This document shows, piece by piece, positions 50,701-62,512 of a DNA stretch of 64,000 bases. A program made the translations under genes and the position numbers. Origin of the DNA: an uncultured Chloroflexia bacterium (GTDB taxonomy: Bacteria; Chloroflexota; Chloroflexia; QHBQ01; JAICKM01). Each line of letters opens with the position of its first letter. Position 1 is the first letter of the stretch. The notes beneath the pieces are model-generated. The model was not told where the DNA came from. It did no database searches and worked only from the letters and a program-made list of their open reading frames with translations. The stretch covers positions 60,955 through 124,954 of the forward strand of contig CAWARZ010000005.1 in NCBI GenBank assembly GCA_963784695.1, given 5' to 3'.

Positions 50701-53700
50701 TTACTGCGCCTGCCGCGCCGCCTGCTTCTCGGCGATCGGGATGTGCCGGTCGTTCTCCCGGGCGCTGCCGTCGGGGTTCGTGCCGCGGTCCTTGTTCCAG
50801 TTGATCGTGAACCGGCTGCGCAGGATGCCCGCCGTGACGAAGGGGCGGATGTTCAGCCGCACCCCGTCGTTCAGGTCGGGCTCCCAGCCGATCGGCTGCT
50901 GCGGCCAGCGGCTTCCAGCGCACGTAGATGTCGTACGGCGGCTCGCCGTCGCGGATGGCGATCAGCTGTGCTGCAGGCCCAGCGCGGCCACCAGCCGCCC
51001 GTCCGCGCCGGCCACGCCCTGCTCGGCGTCGGCCCGCTGGCGCGCGATCCAGTCGCCCAGGTAGGTGTAGATCAGGCGGTTGAGGCGGGCGCGGTCCAGC
51101 GTGTGGTAGTTGACCAGCGCGGAGAAGCCGTCCCGGTTGCCGTCCCAGACGTGCCAGATGAAGGGGCGGTTGTGGAACAGGCGCGCAGTGCTGGGCGAAG
51201 AAGCCGTCGCGCAGCCAGACGTCCAGCCCCTTGCCCGCGTAGCCGGCCTCGGCGAGCAGGCTTTCCTGCAGGGCCGGCGACCAGGCGTCGCCGTAGGCGG
51301 CGGCCAGCAGGGCGCGCAGGCGCTCCGCCGCGGGCGCCTCCCGGGCCACGGCGGGCAGGCAGACGATGCCGTCCCCGTCGGCCAGCCGGTCGAGGGCGTC
51401 CGGCTCCTGCTCGGGCCAGCGGTAGCCGAGCAGCCGGGCCACGGCCACCTGCAGCGGCGCGGTCGAGTCGTCGGGGCGGCCCTTGAAGAGCCACTGGGTC
51501 GGGTCGTTGGAGTAGGGTTCGGGCAGCGGTCCGGCGGCATCGGCGACCGCTTGCCAGTAGGTCCAGATCGAAGGGAACTTTCACAAGCGTTGCGTTGGTG
51601 ACGTTCATCTTCTTGTCAATCCGACGAACGGCTTCGTTGAACTGCGGCGACTGGCAGAAGGCCCAGATGGCAGGGAGATAGTCAGGATTTTTCGGCAGAA
51701 TGACCGCCACATTCGTTGTCGAAGATCCTCCTGTGTAAAGAGCGCAGGCAAGCTCACCCATCTGGCTGATACGGCACGCCGGGTTTGCCCCAGGCCATCC
51801 CCCCTGCAACGAACAGCCCACGCTGCTTTCCCTAGATCATGCAAGATCCCCGACCCGTTCTGCCAGTAGACGATCTGCTCATGCCCGCCATACGGCTGCT
51901 CCTCTGCGACGGTGCTCTGTGTAATAATTCCCAATCGTAAGGCATCGATTAGCCGCTTCCCAGAAGCACCTGATAAACCGAGGTAATCGCTTCGTCCGAA
52001 GCCATGTAACACCATGCGCATAACCTCGAGGAGTAACGCAGTTGCAACAGCTTCTGCAGTCGAAACTCTGGCGTCAGGATCTGTCAAAGAGCAGTTCAGC
52101 TTATCTGCGGTGCCAATTGTCGGTGACGTAGACGTCAACAGCCGTCATTTCGCTCTTCATGATCGCGTCTCCGTACGTCAATACCTGCACAAGTGATGGC
52201 TGGTCTGGGAGGCAATTCGATCAGCAATGAGCAAGACTTTGACGACCTCCCCACAGTGATTGTTTCGAAGGCCCGGGACCAAGTCAACGACAAGAAGTTC
52301 CATGTTTGCTCGCGCAGCAATCTCTGCGCAAGCTCGGAATACTGACCCAGAAACAGCCAGTTCTGCGGTGTAACAATAGCGTAGGATCCCCCCGGGCCTG
52401 TGAAGCGACTGACAGCGATCCAAGAAGGCGGTCGCCAGATCCTTTCGCATCGAGGATGATGCGTCGTCGCAATATCATCTGAGCACGTCTGATCTTGCTT
52501 ACCGCGCGCCAAGATATGGCACATTGGTCGCCACCAGCGTGTACTTCCGCGCCAGCAGCTGTGCCGCCCTCGCCACGCCCTCTGCCGCTCGCCCGAGGAC
52601 AGCCGCGACCGGTCGTCCGCGCACGCTCCTTCGGCTAGCGCCCGCTCCAGCAGCGGCGCAACCTCCTCGTAGTCGGCGCTGAACATGCGCTCGCTCATCG
52701 GCACGTGCGCCGGGTCGATCAGGCTGCCCAGGGTCGGGGCTTGCTGGAACAGGTTGTACAGCCGCTCCAGCGCGGCTGCAGGCGCACATCGTCGCCGGCC
52801 AGCTTCAGCCAGTCCGCCCACTGCCCGGCACCGGGATGCCGGAGCAGGCGATGTTGGGCACCGGCAGGGGACGGTAGCCGCCGGTCTTCCAGGCCGCCAG
52901 GCCAGGGCGAAGGCGGCGATCTGGGTGCAGCGGGGGTCGATCTCCAGCCCGAACAGGTTGTCGCGCAGCACGGCATCGCCCGCCTCGGCCGCGCCCAGCC
53001 CCTCCTCTTCCATCCGCATCCGGCGCAGCATGTCGAAGGCGGCGACCAGGAAGTGGCCCGGAGCCGCAGCAGGGGTCCATGACCGTGACCTCGGCGGCCG
53101 CGTCCGGCCAGCCGGGGAAGGTGCCCGCCGCCGGGCGTGCCGTCGTCGCGGTAGCGCAGGTAGGTGAATCTTGACGCAGCGGGCTGTCGGGATGGCGGGC
53201 GGCCCACCAGGCGCCGAGGGAGTTCTCCAGCAGGAACGTGACCATGTAGTCCTCGGTGAACAGCTGGGTCACCGGCGGTAGGTCGCCGCCGCCGATCTTG
53301 CGCTCGCTGGCGTTGACCTCGTCCTTCTTCTTGCTCTGCCAGAACTGGTAGACCCAGCCCAGGGCGTCGTCGGCCGTGAAGACGCGGGCGGCAGGTCGGC
53401 CAGCATGCGTTCCAGGGCGTTGCGGCCTTCGGGCGCGAAGCGCACCTGCACGGCCGGGTCGTCGCGGCGGAAGATGCCGGGCAGCATGCGCCTCGGCGTA
53501 GCGGGCGGCCAGCATCCCAGGCGTCGGCTGCGCCCTCCTCGGGCGCCAGCTCGGCGCACTCCTCCAGCGTGACGGCGCACGCCGCCGGGTGCATCAGCAG
53601 GTCGTTCTCGGCCAGGAAGCGGGCGAAGAGCATGCGGTGCCACTGCTCGTAGGCGATCTCTTCGACGAGCGGATCGAAGCCCTGCGTCCTGGTCGCCGTC

Positions 53701-53892
53701 GCCCAGCTGGCGGGCGCGGGCGCGCAGGGCGTTGCGCAGCCGCCGCTGCTCCTCGTCGAGCGTCGCGAAGGGCGCGGGCCGGTCGACCGCCAGCGCCAGG
53801 AGGGCGGCGCGCGCCGCATCCTCCGCCGCGTCGCGCGCCCCGACCACCGCCTTTTCCAGGGCGGCGCGGTCGTCCGTCGTCAGAACCGTCAT
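50701..53892 (-). CDS. pglX: BREX adenine methyltransferase PglX/BrxX (frameshifted)
   Basis: AYEQWHRMLFARFL, TQLFTEDYMV, DPCCGSG, FGLEIDP, ATNVPY, HNRPFIWHVWDG and DLNDGVRLNIRPF. Confidence 0.92.
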
Positions 53893-53910
53893 CCCGTGCG
53901 TCTCTCCCGT

Positions 53911-56900
53911 CTAGAGCATGACCGGCCGGCCGGCCCGGATCTGTTCCATAATGGCTTCCTGGAGGCGCGCGAGGTACGCGGTCACCTCGGCCTCCGTGCG
54001 CAGGGTCGCGCGCGGCACCGGCACCCGCACCGCCTTCCGGGTTGAATCCGCTTGCCGGCCTCCTGGCGGGCGCGGGCGGCTCGCTCCGGCAAGGCCGCGC
54101 TGCGGTTCTCCCAGCTGCTCAGCGGCGTCGCCTGCAGCGCGTCCAGTAGCTGCTCGTCGGTGCCCAGCTGCAGCGGCGGCACCGCCCCCAGCCCCGCCTC
54201 GGTCAGGATGCTTTGCCGATCGGCGGGCGCCAGCTGTTGCCACTCGGCCAGCGCTTCCAGGCCGGCCTGCTCGCGCCGGGTGTCTGCTTCCAGGCGCACC
54301 CGCGCGTCCTGCAGCGCCTGGCGCAGCGCGGCGGCCAGCTCGGTCGTGAGCGGCGGCACCGGGTCCGGCTCGGCCAGCAGGCTGCGCTGCGCGCGGATCG
54401 CCTCGACCTGCGGCCGCACCCGCGCGGCCGCCTCCGTGCCCTGCGCGTAGCGGAGGAGCTGTTCCAGGCCCTTCCAACGCGGCAGGCGCGCCGCAATCTC
54501 GGCTTTGTCCTTGCTCCACTCCTGGAACTGCCTCAGCAGCTCCTCGCGGGCGTCATAGGCGTCGCGCATCTGCGCGTTGCCGCTCGCCGCGCGCAGGCTG
54601 TCGACCAGCGCGCTGCTCGGCCGGGCCGGCAGCGGCGGCTCGCCGCCCGCGGTCGCGGCCAGGTCGGCCAGGCGCTCGAGCACGCGCTGGAGTGCTTCGC
54701 CTTCCTCGCCGGGCTTGCAGGGCAGGCCCACGTCGGCGCTCAGCTTGCGGATGGCCAGGCGCTGCGTCCCCGAGATGGTCACGCCCTCGCTGACGAAGTC
54801 GGTCACGCCAATCTGGCCCTGGGCCAGGCCCTTGACCGGGACCGGCTGCCCGTTGCGGCTCGCGCGCACGAAGCCGCCCGCCAGCAGGGCGAGCAGCAGG
54901 CCGTCGACGGCGTCCTGCGGCCAGCCGAAGGGCGCGCCGGTGAACTGCTTGCGCACCTCGAGCCCGCGCTTGCCGCCCCCGCCGACGAAGTCGCGGACCC
55001 GGATGGCGGGCGGATACTTCTCGACGTCGCCCTGATAGCCGACCGCCGTGAGCGCATCGGTCGCCCCTTCGCCGGCCCGGCGCGCCACCTTCTCCCAGCC
55101 GGCCAGGTCGGCGAGCCCGAAGTTCGGGAAGAGGCGCGCGAGCGCGGCCTCGACCGCCGTCCGCACCGCGGCCGCGAAGGGGAACTCTGCACCTCGTTGC
55201 CCCCGCCCTGGAAGACCCGCGCCTGCGCGACGATCGTCCCGACGAGGCTCTTCACCCGCTCGGCCTCCGTCCGCGCGCGCGACTCCATGGCCGCGCGGGC
55301 ATTCTCGCCTTCGGGCGTGGCCGGGCGGGCGCGCGTCTGCACCGTCTCGGTCGCGGCCGCCGCCGCGGCGAGCGCGTCCTTGAGCGGCTCGGCGTCGCGG
55401 CGCGGCAGGAAGACGAAGACGATCGGGCTTTCCGGCCCGGCCTCCTGCGCATCCTCGCGCGCCGTCCGCTCGGAGACGGCCCACTCGTCGCGGATCCAGA
55501 CCGGGATGGCGCCCGTGTCGGCCTTCGGCTGGTCGGCGCCGAAGTAGAGGTCGAAGCGGCGCGCGGTCCTGGTGACGCCCTGCGTGATCGTCATCCCCTT
55601 GAGCGCCTCGCGGACGGCCGCCTGGATGGCGGTCGCGCGGTCGCCGGCAATGCGGGCGTCGTCGGCGGCGATGCGCCCGCGCCGGGTCCGATATTCGCTC
55701 TCCCACTCGGCGCTCTCGCGCGTCTGCAGCCGGTAGACGTCGTCGATGAGCATCAGCCGCCCCTCGCCGACCAGCGCCTGCAGCGCGGCGGGGATGCGCT
55801 GGCGCAACGCCGTGCTGCCCGCGGTCAGATCCTCGACCAGCAGGTCGGCCAGGGTGTCCGCCTTGGCCTGAATGCCAAGCGCGGCCGGGCCGGTGCTCGC
55901 CTCGAGCTTGCTGATCAGGAAGATGGCGGCGCAGAGCCGGGCGCGCAGCCGGCCGTCCGCCCCGTCCTTCGCCAGGTTCTCGATCAGCGTATAGGTGTCG
56001 CGCAGCAGGACCGCGCTCTCCAGCATGTCCCCCTTGAGCTGATCGTAGATGAAATCGCCCGGCACGACGCTGCCTAGCGGCTGGTCCACCACCTCGGCGG
56101 CCGCGTCGTGCACGATGCGCAGCTGCGTGCGCAGCTGTGCGGCGGTGCCGGGCACGTCGATCGCGCGCAACAGGGCTTCCCAGAAGCGCCGGCGCGCCGG
56201 CAGCAACGGATAATCCGCCACCAGGTCGCGCTCATCCGCGCTGCTCGGCGCGATCTTCGTGCCGGCCAGCTGGCGATCGATCTCCCCGCTGGCGCTCTCC
56301 AGCACCCGTTTCAGCTCGGGCACGCGGTCGGGCCGCTTCTGCAGCACCACTTTGCGCACCACCCGCTCGACGTCGGAATCCGAGAGCATCACGCGCACCG
56401 TGAACCGGCCCTGCAGCTTCTGCAGCTGGGGCGTGCCCTGCAGGGCCGACTGGCCGGTGGCGACGAACAGCAGGCGGCTGCCGAATCGCGAGCAGCAGGC
56501 CTCGACCACGTCCTGCACGGGCAGGGTGCGTCCGGCGTCCTCGTCGATGAACTGCTGCAGCTCGTCGAGCACGAGCAGCGTGCAGGGCAGCTTGCCGGGC
56601 GTGGACGATTGCTGCCGCAGCACCTCGTCCATCTGGGCCAGCATCTCCTCGTCCGAGATGTCGTCGCGGGTTGGGAACTGCTCCCTCAAGAGCGTGCGCA
56701 CGCCGCGGGCGTCGGCCGCGAAGTCGGATCCGCCGCCAGCAAACTGCCCGCCAGTACCGGCGAGACGTACATGTTGTTCAGCTCGCGCGCCCACTCCCTG
56801 CCTTCCGACTCGACCTTACCGCGGACCGCGTCGTAGTAGCCCTGGGCCTTCAGCCAGAGCACGAAGCGGGCGGGCGCGTATTGCTCGGGCAACCCGGCGC

Positions 56901-57372
56901 TGCGAAAGAGGATGGCGAGCAGGGCCAGGCGCACGCTCTTGCCGCCCCCGGCGGCCAGCTTGCCGGCCGCCGACCAGAGGCCGCCCTCGCGCTTACCGGC
57001 CGTGGTCAGCTCGCGCAGCAGGTCTTCCACATCGCTCGGCAGGCGCGCCAGCCCGCGCGCCGTCGCGCCGTCGGGGAAGGCCACGTCCCGCCAGAGGCAC
57101 TCGAGCACGCGGACGAAATGCGACTTGCCGCTGCCGTAGAAGCCGCTAACCCACGCGGCCGGCTGTTCGGCCTTGTCCAGGTTGGACAGGTAGGTGTTCA
57201 GCACGCGATCGAGCCCGCGCTGGTACTCGCCCTCGCAGACGAAGTTCTCCAGCTCGTAGCGGAGCACGTCCCATTGCTGTTCGGTACTCGGCTCCTCCAC
57301 TTTCGTGACGCCGCCGTTCGGGATGGGCCGGGACGCCGGATCGACCAGGAAGACATCGCGGTTCTTCAGCAT
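53911..57372 (-). CDS. brxC: BREX P-loop ATPase BrxC (frameshifted)
   Basis: FVCEGEY, WVSGFYGSGKSH, LVLDELQQF, YPLLP and PFGWPQD. Confidence 0.93.
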
Positions 57373-57929
57373 GCGCGTTTCAGCTCCTCTTTCGCGGTGA
57401 TGGGCACGGCCAGGTAGTCCCAGCCGTCGCGGGCGTCGAGCAGGCGATACTTTGAGCCGTCGTGCCGCCCTGGGAAGAAAACCAGCAGCCGCCCGCGGAT
57501 GTCCGGGGCGACTTTCTCCAGCAGGGCCGACACGCGGGTCAACCCGAACAGCGAGGCGACGCCGACGACCGCGACGACCGTGTTGTCGTCCACCTCCGGC
57601 GCCGTCAAGGCCGCCCGGACTTCGCCCGCCACGCTGCCGGCGTAGTCCTCGAGCGCCAGGTCCATATCCTCGGGCTGCTCGAAATACGCCTCGCGGTACT
57701 CGTGGCCGGCCATCCAGTGGGCGAAGCTGTCGGTCAGGTCGACGGCCGCCCAGCCGTGGCCCGCGCGCTTGGTTGCCACTTCGAACTCGGTCAGGCGCAG
57801 GCGCAGGCGCCGCTCCTGTGCCGGGTCATAGACGGCGAACCAGACGCGCTGCGGCCCCGCCAGCGTGTGGTCCCACGGCAGGGCGACGAACTGCTCGTAG
57901 CGCGCCGCGAGGCTCTCGATCTCACTCAT
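57366..57929 (-). CDS. brxB: BREX protein BrxB (DUF1788)
   Basis: 187 aa. VYDPAQERRLR and GRLLVFFPG..YRLLDARDGWDYLA. Lies between brxA and brxC. Confidence 0.88.
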   Translation of the reverse strand: MSEIESLAARYEQFVALPWDHTLAGPQRVWFAVYDPAQERRLRLRLTEFEVATKRAGHGWAAVDLTDSFAHWMAGHEYREAYFEQPEDMDLALEDYAGSVAGEVRAALTAPEVDDNTVVAVVGVASLFGLTRVSALLEKVAPDIRGRLLVFFPGRHDGSKYRLLDARDGWDYLAVPITAKEELKRAC

Positions 57930-58708
57930 GTTCCGCCGGGGCTCCTTCCTCGCGCAGCAGGTAGCGGAAGCTCAGCTCGGTGACCCGGCCGGCGGCGCGG
58001 TACTCCAGCCAGCCCTGCCGCGCCGCGGCCACCGCCTGGCTGCGCAGCTCGTGCTCGGGCGCGTCGAGCAGCCGCGCCCAGAGCGTATGGAAGAGCGCGT
58101 CGCCCTGCCCGCCGTCCAGGTAGCCGAGCAGAAGCGCGTAGGCCACCGCGGCCGGCCGGCTGACGGCGCGGGCGCGCACCTTGCGCAACCGGCCCTGCAG
58201 ATGCCCGGCTTGCTGCCAGGACGAGGCCGCATGCTGGCCGGACGCGAACAGCGTGGTCACGTTATACCGGCCGGGCAGCCGCTCCTTGATCGCCTCACCC
58301 AGCTGCTCTGGGGTCACGCCCGCGCCCTCCGGCGTGGCCAGCACCATCTCGGCCGTCGCCCGGAGGATCGGGTCGCGCGCGCACGCCTCCAGCACGGCGA
58401 GCAACGGTTGCGCGTCGGCGTCGTCGTCCCAGAGATCGCGCAAGGCGCGGAACAGCAGGATGCGCCGGTCCAGCCCGTACAGCTCGCGCAAGACCTGGAA
58501 GGATTTGGCCCGCGTCTTCGCCGTGGGCTTCAGCAGCACGTTCTCGCCGACCACCGCGGCGCGGTACTCCGCCGGGGCGGCCTCCGGCGGGCACGCTCGC
58601 GAGGAGCCGCCGTAGCTCGGCCAGCATCATAGTGCGGGCGGTATGCGCGCCGACAGGGTCCTGGATAAAGCCGGCCGCGACGGGCATCGGGGGGCCGCTG
58701 ATGGACAT
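57922..58708 (-). CDS. brxA: BREX protein BrxA-like (frameshift ~58590)
   Basis: GAHTARTMMLAEL, ENVLLKPT, LRELYGLD, ARDPILRAT and SSWQQAGHL. First gene of the operon. Confidence 0.75.
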
Positions 58709-58762
58709 CCGACTCCCAGTCTATGCTCGCGTGGATGGGATCGTGTACAAGCGGGCAGCCCC

Positions 58763-58771
58763 ATTATAGCA
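58763..58771 (-). promoter_or_regulatory. Extended -10 promoter of the BREX operon
   Basis: Minus strand TGCTATAAT about 55 nt upstream of the brxA start. Confidence 0.6.
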
Positions 58772-58908
58772 GAATTTGATGCCCCGCGGAAAATATGCTC
58801 CCGCACCGCCGCCCGACGGGTACGCAAGAATCAGATGTTAGCAAATATGTGAAGAAGAATGACCCATCGGCCGTGGCGCGCGTGCCCCGGCCGCCACGCG
58901 CCCGAGGG

Positions 58909-59090
58909 GCGAATCCAGGCGTGCGGACCCCCTCCAGTTTCGTTCGTAGTATTTACAAAACGGTTAGAACACCGGGCGGATTCAGGCGTGCGAACCCCCG
59001 CCAGTTTCGTTCATAGTATTTACAAAGCGGTCAGAACACCGAGCGAATCCAGGCGTGCGGACCCCCGCCAGTTTCGTTCGTAGTATTTAC
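58909..59090. repeat. 67-bp tandem repeat (~2.7 copies)
   Basis: Units start at 58909, 58976 and 59043: GCGAATCCAGGCGTGCGGACCCCC.CCAGTTTCGTTCGTAGTATTTACAAA.CGGT.AGAACACCG. Confidence 0.9.
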
Positions 59091-59165
59091 TTCACGGGGG
59101 CGGCGAAAGCAAACCGGGCCCCCGCGACGCCATGCCGCGGGGGCCCGGGGGAATGCGCGCCGTCG

Positions 59166-60383
59166 CTACGGCGCCAGCGGCGGGTTGGCGTTGCGCGCCA
59201 GCTCGAGCGCCATGTCGGGGAACCACTGCCCCGCGGGCGGGTCGACCATCTGGCGCACCGGGTCCACCGGCGGCGTGCCCCAGCGCGAGCACTGCCCGTC
59301 CGACTCGCCCGGGATCTTCACCCACACGTAGGCGTCGAGCAGCGGCACGCCCGTGTTCGCCGTCGGCCGGTAGCCCACGCCGCGGTCGGGCGGGTTGCAC
59401 CAGTCCTGCGGGTCGCCCGGCGGGTGCGGCGGGACCACCCACGGCCCTTGACCGTTGCGGCTCGTGTCGACCACGAAGTGCGCCGTCGGCACGGCCGTGC
59501 CCATGTTCGCCGTGTACCACTGGTCACTGTAGTGCCAGGTGCTGATGTCGTTCGGGTCCACCGGGCCGTCAGGCGAATAGTACTGGCTGGCGCACTAGTC
59601 GAAGTGGCCGAGCCGCCAGCCGCCCTCCTCCGGGTCGGTGCCGAAGGCGAGGCACTGCGAGACCCAGGTGTCGAAGTGCGTCTCGTAGTCCGTCGCGCGG
59701 TAGTTCGAGATGTTCGAGACGAAGCCCGCCACGTCCAGCACGCCCGCGTTGTACAGCCGGACGGCCATGTCGCCGACGGCGTGCCACGCGCTGTGGCCCG
59801 CGTCGAGGTAGACGTGCGCGTTCGGGTCGCTCAGCAGGGCGTGCGCGGCATAGCTGATCAGGCTGACGCGATCGTAGGTGTCCGGCTGGCCGCAGTCGGT
59901 CGGCAGCAGCGCGAGGCCGTCGGGCTCGAGGATGACCACGGCCGGATCGTCGCGCAGGCCGGCGGCGAAGCCGTCGATCCAGGCGCGATAGGCGGCGCCG
60001 TCGGCGGCGCCGCCCGCCGAGTACTGCGCGCAATCGCGGCCGGGCACGTTATAGGCGACCACCACCGGCATGGTGCGGTGCGCCCGCGCCTGGTTCACGG
60101 TCTGGTGCACGGCTTGCTGCACCGCGTGGGGCGTCCCGCTGGTAAACCAGACCGCCTGCGGCGTGTCGACCATCGCCTGCAGCAGCGCCGCGTCGGCGTC
60201 GTCGTGCGCGGCGTGCAGCTGCACGATCTGTTGGTGCGCCGCATGGTCTGCCGGGGGTACGTAGAACCGCGTGCTCGGGTCGAGGCCCCCGCCGGTCGCG
60301 CCCGCCGCGGGCGCGGCGATCAGGGTCATCAGGAAGACGCCCATGACGAGGGCGTGTTTGAGGATTCGTCCGCTACGCATCAT
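59166..60383 (-). CDS. Secreted glycoside hydrolase family 6 (cellulase); in-frame TAG at 59595
   Basis: Signal peptide, VAYNVPGRDCAQYSAGG, ILEPDGL, YLDAGH, VVDTSRNG, DWCNP and WVKIPGESDG. Confidence 0.9.
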
Positions 60384-60621
60384 CGCTCTCCTTTCACCGC
60401 TCCTGGTACAGCAGTGGGCCGATTGGCTTCGGATGGCATGCGCGGCCGCGGCCGGTGCGATCGGCCCTGGGCCCCTGTGGGCGGCGGGCGCGGCCCGGCC
60501 ATCCGCAGGCTCCCGACAGCGGAGTTCTGGTGATCCCAGCATAGCACCACGGCGGGGCGGAAACAAGAACTCGCGGCCGGCCAAAACGGGGATGGGCGGG
60601 TGCGGTCATCTCGCGGCGCGG

Positions 60622-62025
60622 TCAGCCCTCGGCGGTCTCCGGCACGATGCGCACCTGGCTCGTGTCAGGGCCGAAGGCGGCCGAGAGCGCCAGGTGCAGC
60701 AGCAGGTAGAGCCGGTTGCGCGCCGACGGCAGGCGCCAGATGTAGTAGCTGTGCCAGATGCCCCAGGCGGGCAGCCCGGTGAAGACGAACGGCCCGATCT
60801 CGGCCACGCCGGTCCACGTGCCGAGCAGCGCCAGGTGGCCCAGCGGGCGGAAGCGGAAGGGTGGGGCGGCGCGGCCCGCCTGCGCGGCGGCGATCGCCGC
60901 GGCGACGTAGGCGCCCTCGTGCTCGGCGGCCTGCGCCGTCGGCGGGATGCCCGTGCCGGTCTGCGGGTCGACGGCCCAGGCGGCGTCGCCGACCACGTAG
61001 ACCTCCGGCCGGCCCTTGACGCGCAGCTGGTCGTCGACAACCACGGCGCCGTTGGGCGCGTGCTCGCCGGGCAGCGCGCGCACGACGGGCGGCGCGGTGA
61101 TCCCGGCCGCCCAGAAGAGCGTATGCGCGGGGATGGGCCCGGCGCTCGTCTCGACCGCGCCGTCCGTCACGCCGGTGATCGCCGTGTCGGTGCGCACCTC
61201 GATGTCCTCCGACTCGAGCACGCGGCGCACCGTCTCCGACGTGGCGGGCGCGCTCATGGGCAGCAGCCGCGGGCTGCGCCCGGCGATCACGATGCGCGGC
61301 CGCGCCGCGGCCAGCCAGGGGTACTCCGCGAACAGGCCCTGCACCAGGTAGGCCCGGATGATCGCGGCCAGCTCGACGCCGGTGTCGCCGCCGCCGCCCA
61401 CCACGAAGGTCAGCCAGGCCTGGCGCTCCGCCGGGTCCTCGCACTGGTGCGCGCGCTCGACCGCGTCGATCAGGTGGTTGCGCAGCTCGAGCGCGTGCGC
61501 CGCGGTGTGGAAGAGCAGCGCGTGGCTGCGCAGGCCCGGCAGGTCGGGCATGACCGTGCGGCTGCCGAGCGCGATGACGAGGACGTCGTAGGGCCGCGGG
61601 CCGGTCGTCGTCTCCACGCGGCGGGCGTCCAGGTCGATCCCCGTGACATCGGCGTGCAGCACGTGGAAGGTGCGGCCGCGCTGGAAGGTGCGGACCGGCA
61701 CGATGACGTCGGTGAGCAGGGCGCGGCCCTCGGCCACGAGCCAAAGCAGGGGGGTGAAGAGGCTGCTGTTATCGCGGTCGACGACCAGGATGCTGGTGCC
61801 GGCCCGGCGGCCGAGGGTGCGGTCGAGCGCCAGCGCGGTGGCCAGCCCACCGAAGTTGGCGCCGAGCACGAGGATGCGCGTGCGCGCGTTCAGGTAGCCC
61901 GATTCGGTCTGCGTCCGGTGCGGCCGGGCCGTCCGCGCGGCGCGCCCGGCCAGCCCGCGCGCGACCAGCGCGCCGCCCAGCGCGGCGGCCCCAGCGGCGA
62001 GGGGTTTCCACATGGTGGGTGCCAT
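60622..62025 (-). CDS. NDH-2 family FAD-dependent oxidoreductase
   Basis: ILVLGANFGG, FTPLL, VVGGGGDTGVELA, YVVGD and PPTAQAA. Confidence 0.88.
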   Translation of the reverse strand: MAPTMWKPLAAGAAALGGALVARGLAGRAARTARPHRTQTESGYLNARTRILVLGANFGGLATALALDRTLGRRAGTSILVVDRDNSSLFTPLLWLVAEGRALLTDVIVPVRTFQRGRTFHVLHADVTGIDLDARRVETTTGPRPYDVLVIALGSRTVMPDLPGLRSHALLFHTAAHALELRNHLIDAVERAHQCEDPAERQAWLTFVVGGGGDTGVELAAIIRAYLVQGLFAEYPWLAAARPRIVIAGRSPRLLPMSAPATSETVRRVLESEDIEVRTDTAITGVTDGAVETSAGPIPAHTLFWAAGITAPPVVRALPGEHAPNGAVVVDDQLRVKGRPEVYVVGDAAWAVDPQTGTGIPPTAQAAEHEGAYVAAAIAAAQAGRAAPPFRFRPLGHLALLGTWTGVAEIGPFVFTGLPAWGIWHSYYIWRLPSARNRLYLLLHLALSAAFGPDTSQVRIVPETAEG

Positions 62026-62134
62026 TCCTTCCCGGCGCCGGCTGCCGCGCGGCAGGTCGTCCCACAGCCGAGCGCCGGCATCTGCCGGTCTCGGGACCAG
62101 CACGCCGCGTGCCAGGTGAGTACGGGAAGGGTGC

Positions 62135-62512
62135 TCAGCGCCGCGCGGCGCGGTGCCAGGTGTGCAGGAGGATGTAGACTTCGCAGTCGCAGGTCGCGCC
62201 GAGGCTCCGCAGCAGTTGCAGCACGGTCTCGGCCGCGTCGGGCCCGATCGTCTCCGCCACGTGGGCGTGCGTGCGGCTGAAGGTCTGGTCGCAGGAGCGC
62301 GTGTCGATGGCCAGCGCCGCGCCGAGGTGATCGCTCAGCGCGCGGAGGGGAATCAGGGCGGCCAGCCGGGTGCGCGCGTCGGCCCGCAACGGACTGGTGG
62401 CCAGCGGCCGGCGGGTGCCGGCGGGCGGGGCGGACGCGCCGCCCGGTCCCCAGGACGGCGCGCCCGTTGCGGGCGGTGCCTCTGCCCAACTTGCTGCATC
62501 GCGGTAGATCAT
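62135..62512 (-). CDS. DUF2695-like protein
   Basis: CDQTF..LRSLGATCDCEV motif. Confidence 0.65.
   Translation of the reverse strand: MIYRDAASWAEAPPATGAPSWGPGGASAPPAGTRRPLATSPLRADARTRLAALIPLRALSDHLGAALAIDTRSCDQTFSRTHAHVAETIGPDAAETVLQLLRSLGATCDCEVYILLHTWHRAARR

Noticed and set aside
52514-52531. Inactive PglX because motif IV is NVPY rather than NPPY
   Set aside because: The catalytic Asn and aromatic residue are retained and the SAM-binding motif is intact, so there is no evidence of inactivation.
58909-59090. Possible CRISPR array
   Set aside because: The whole 67-bp unit repeats, so there are no unique spacers, and no cas genes are present.
19472-59090. Integrative element inserted at tRNA-Gln
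   Set aside because: No integrase and no duplicated tRNA 3' end (att site) was found by eye, and a core-like GH2 gene sits in between.
59595-59597. Programmed readthrough or pyrrolysine at the in-frame TAG in GH6
   Set aside because: A single substitution (for example from TAC or TGG) in an error-rich consensus is simpler, and there are no pyl genes in the window.
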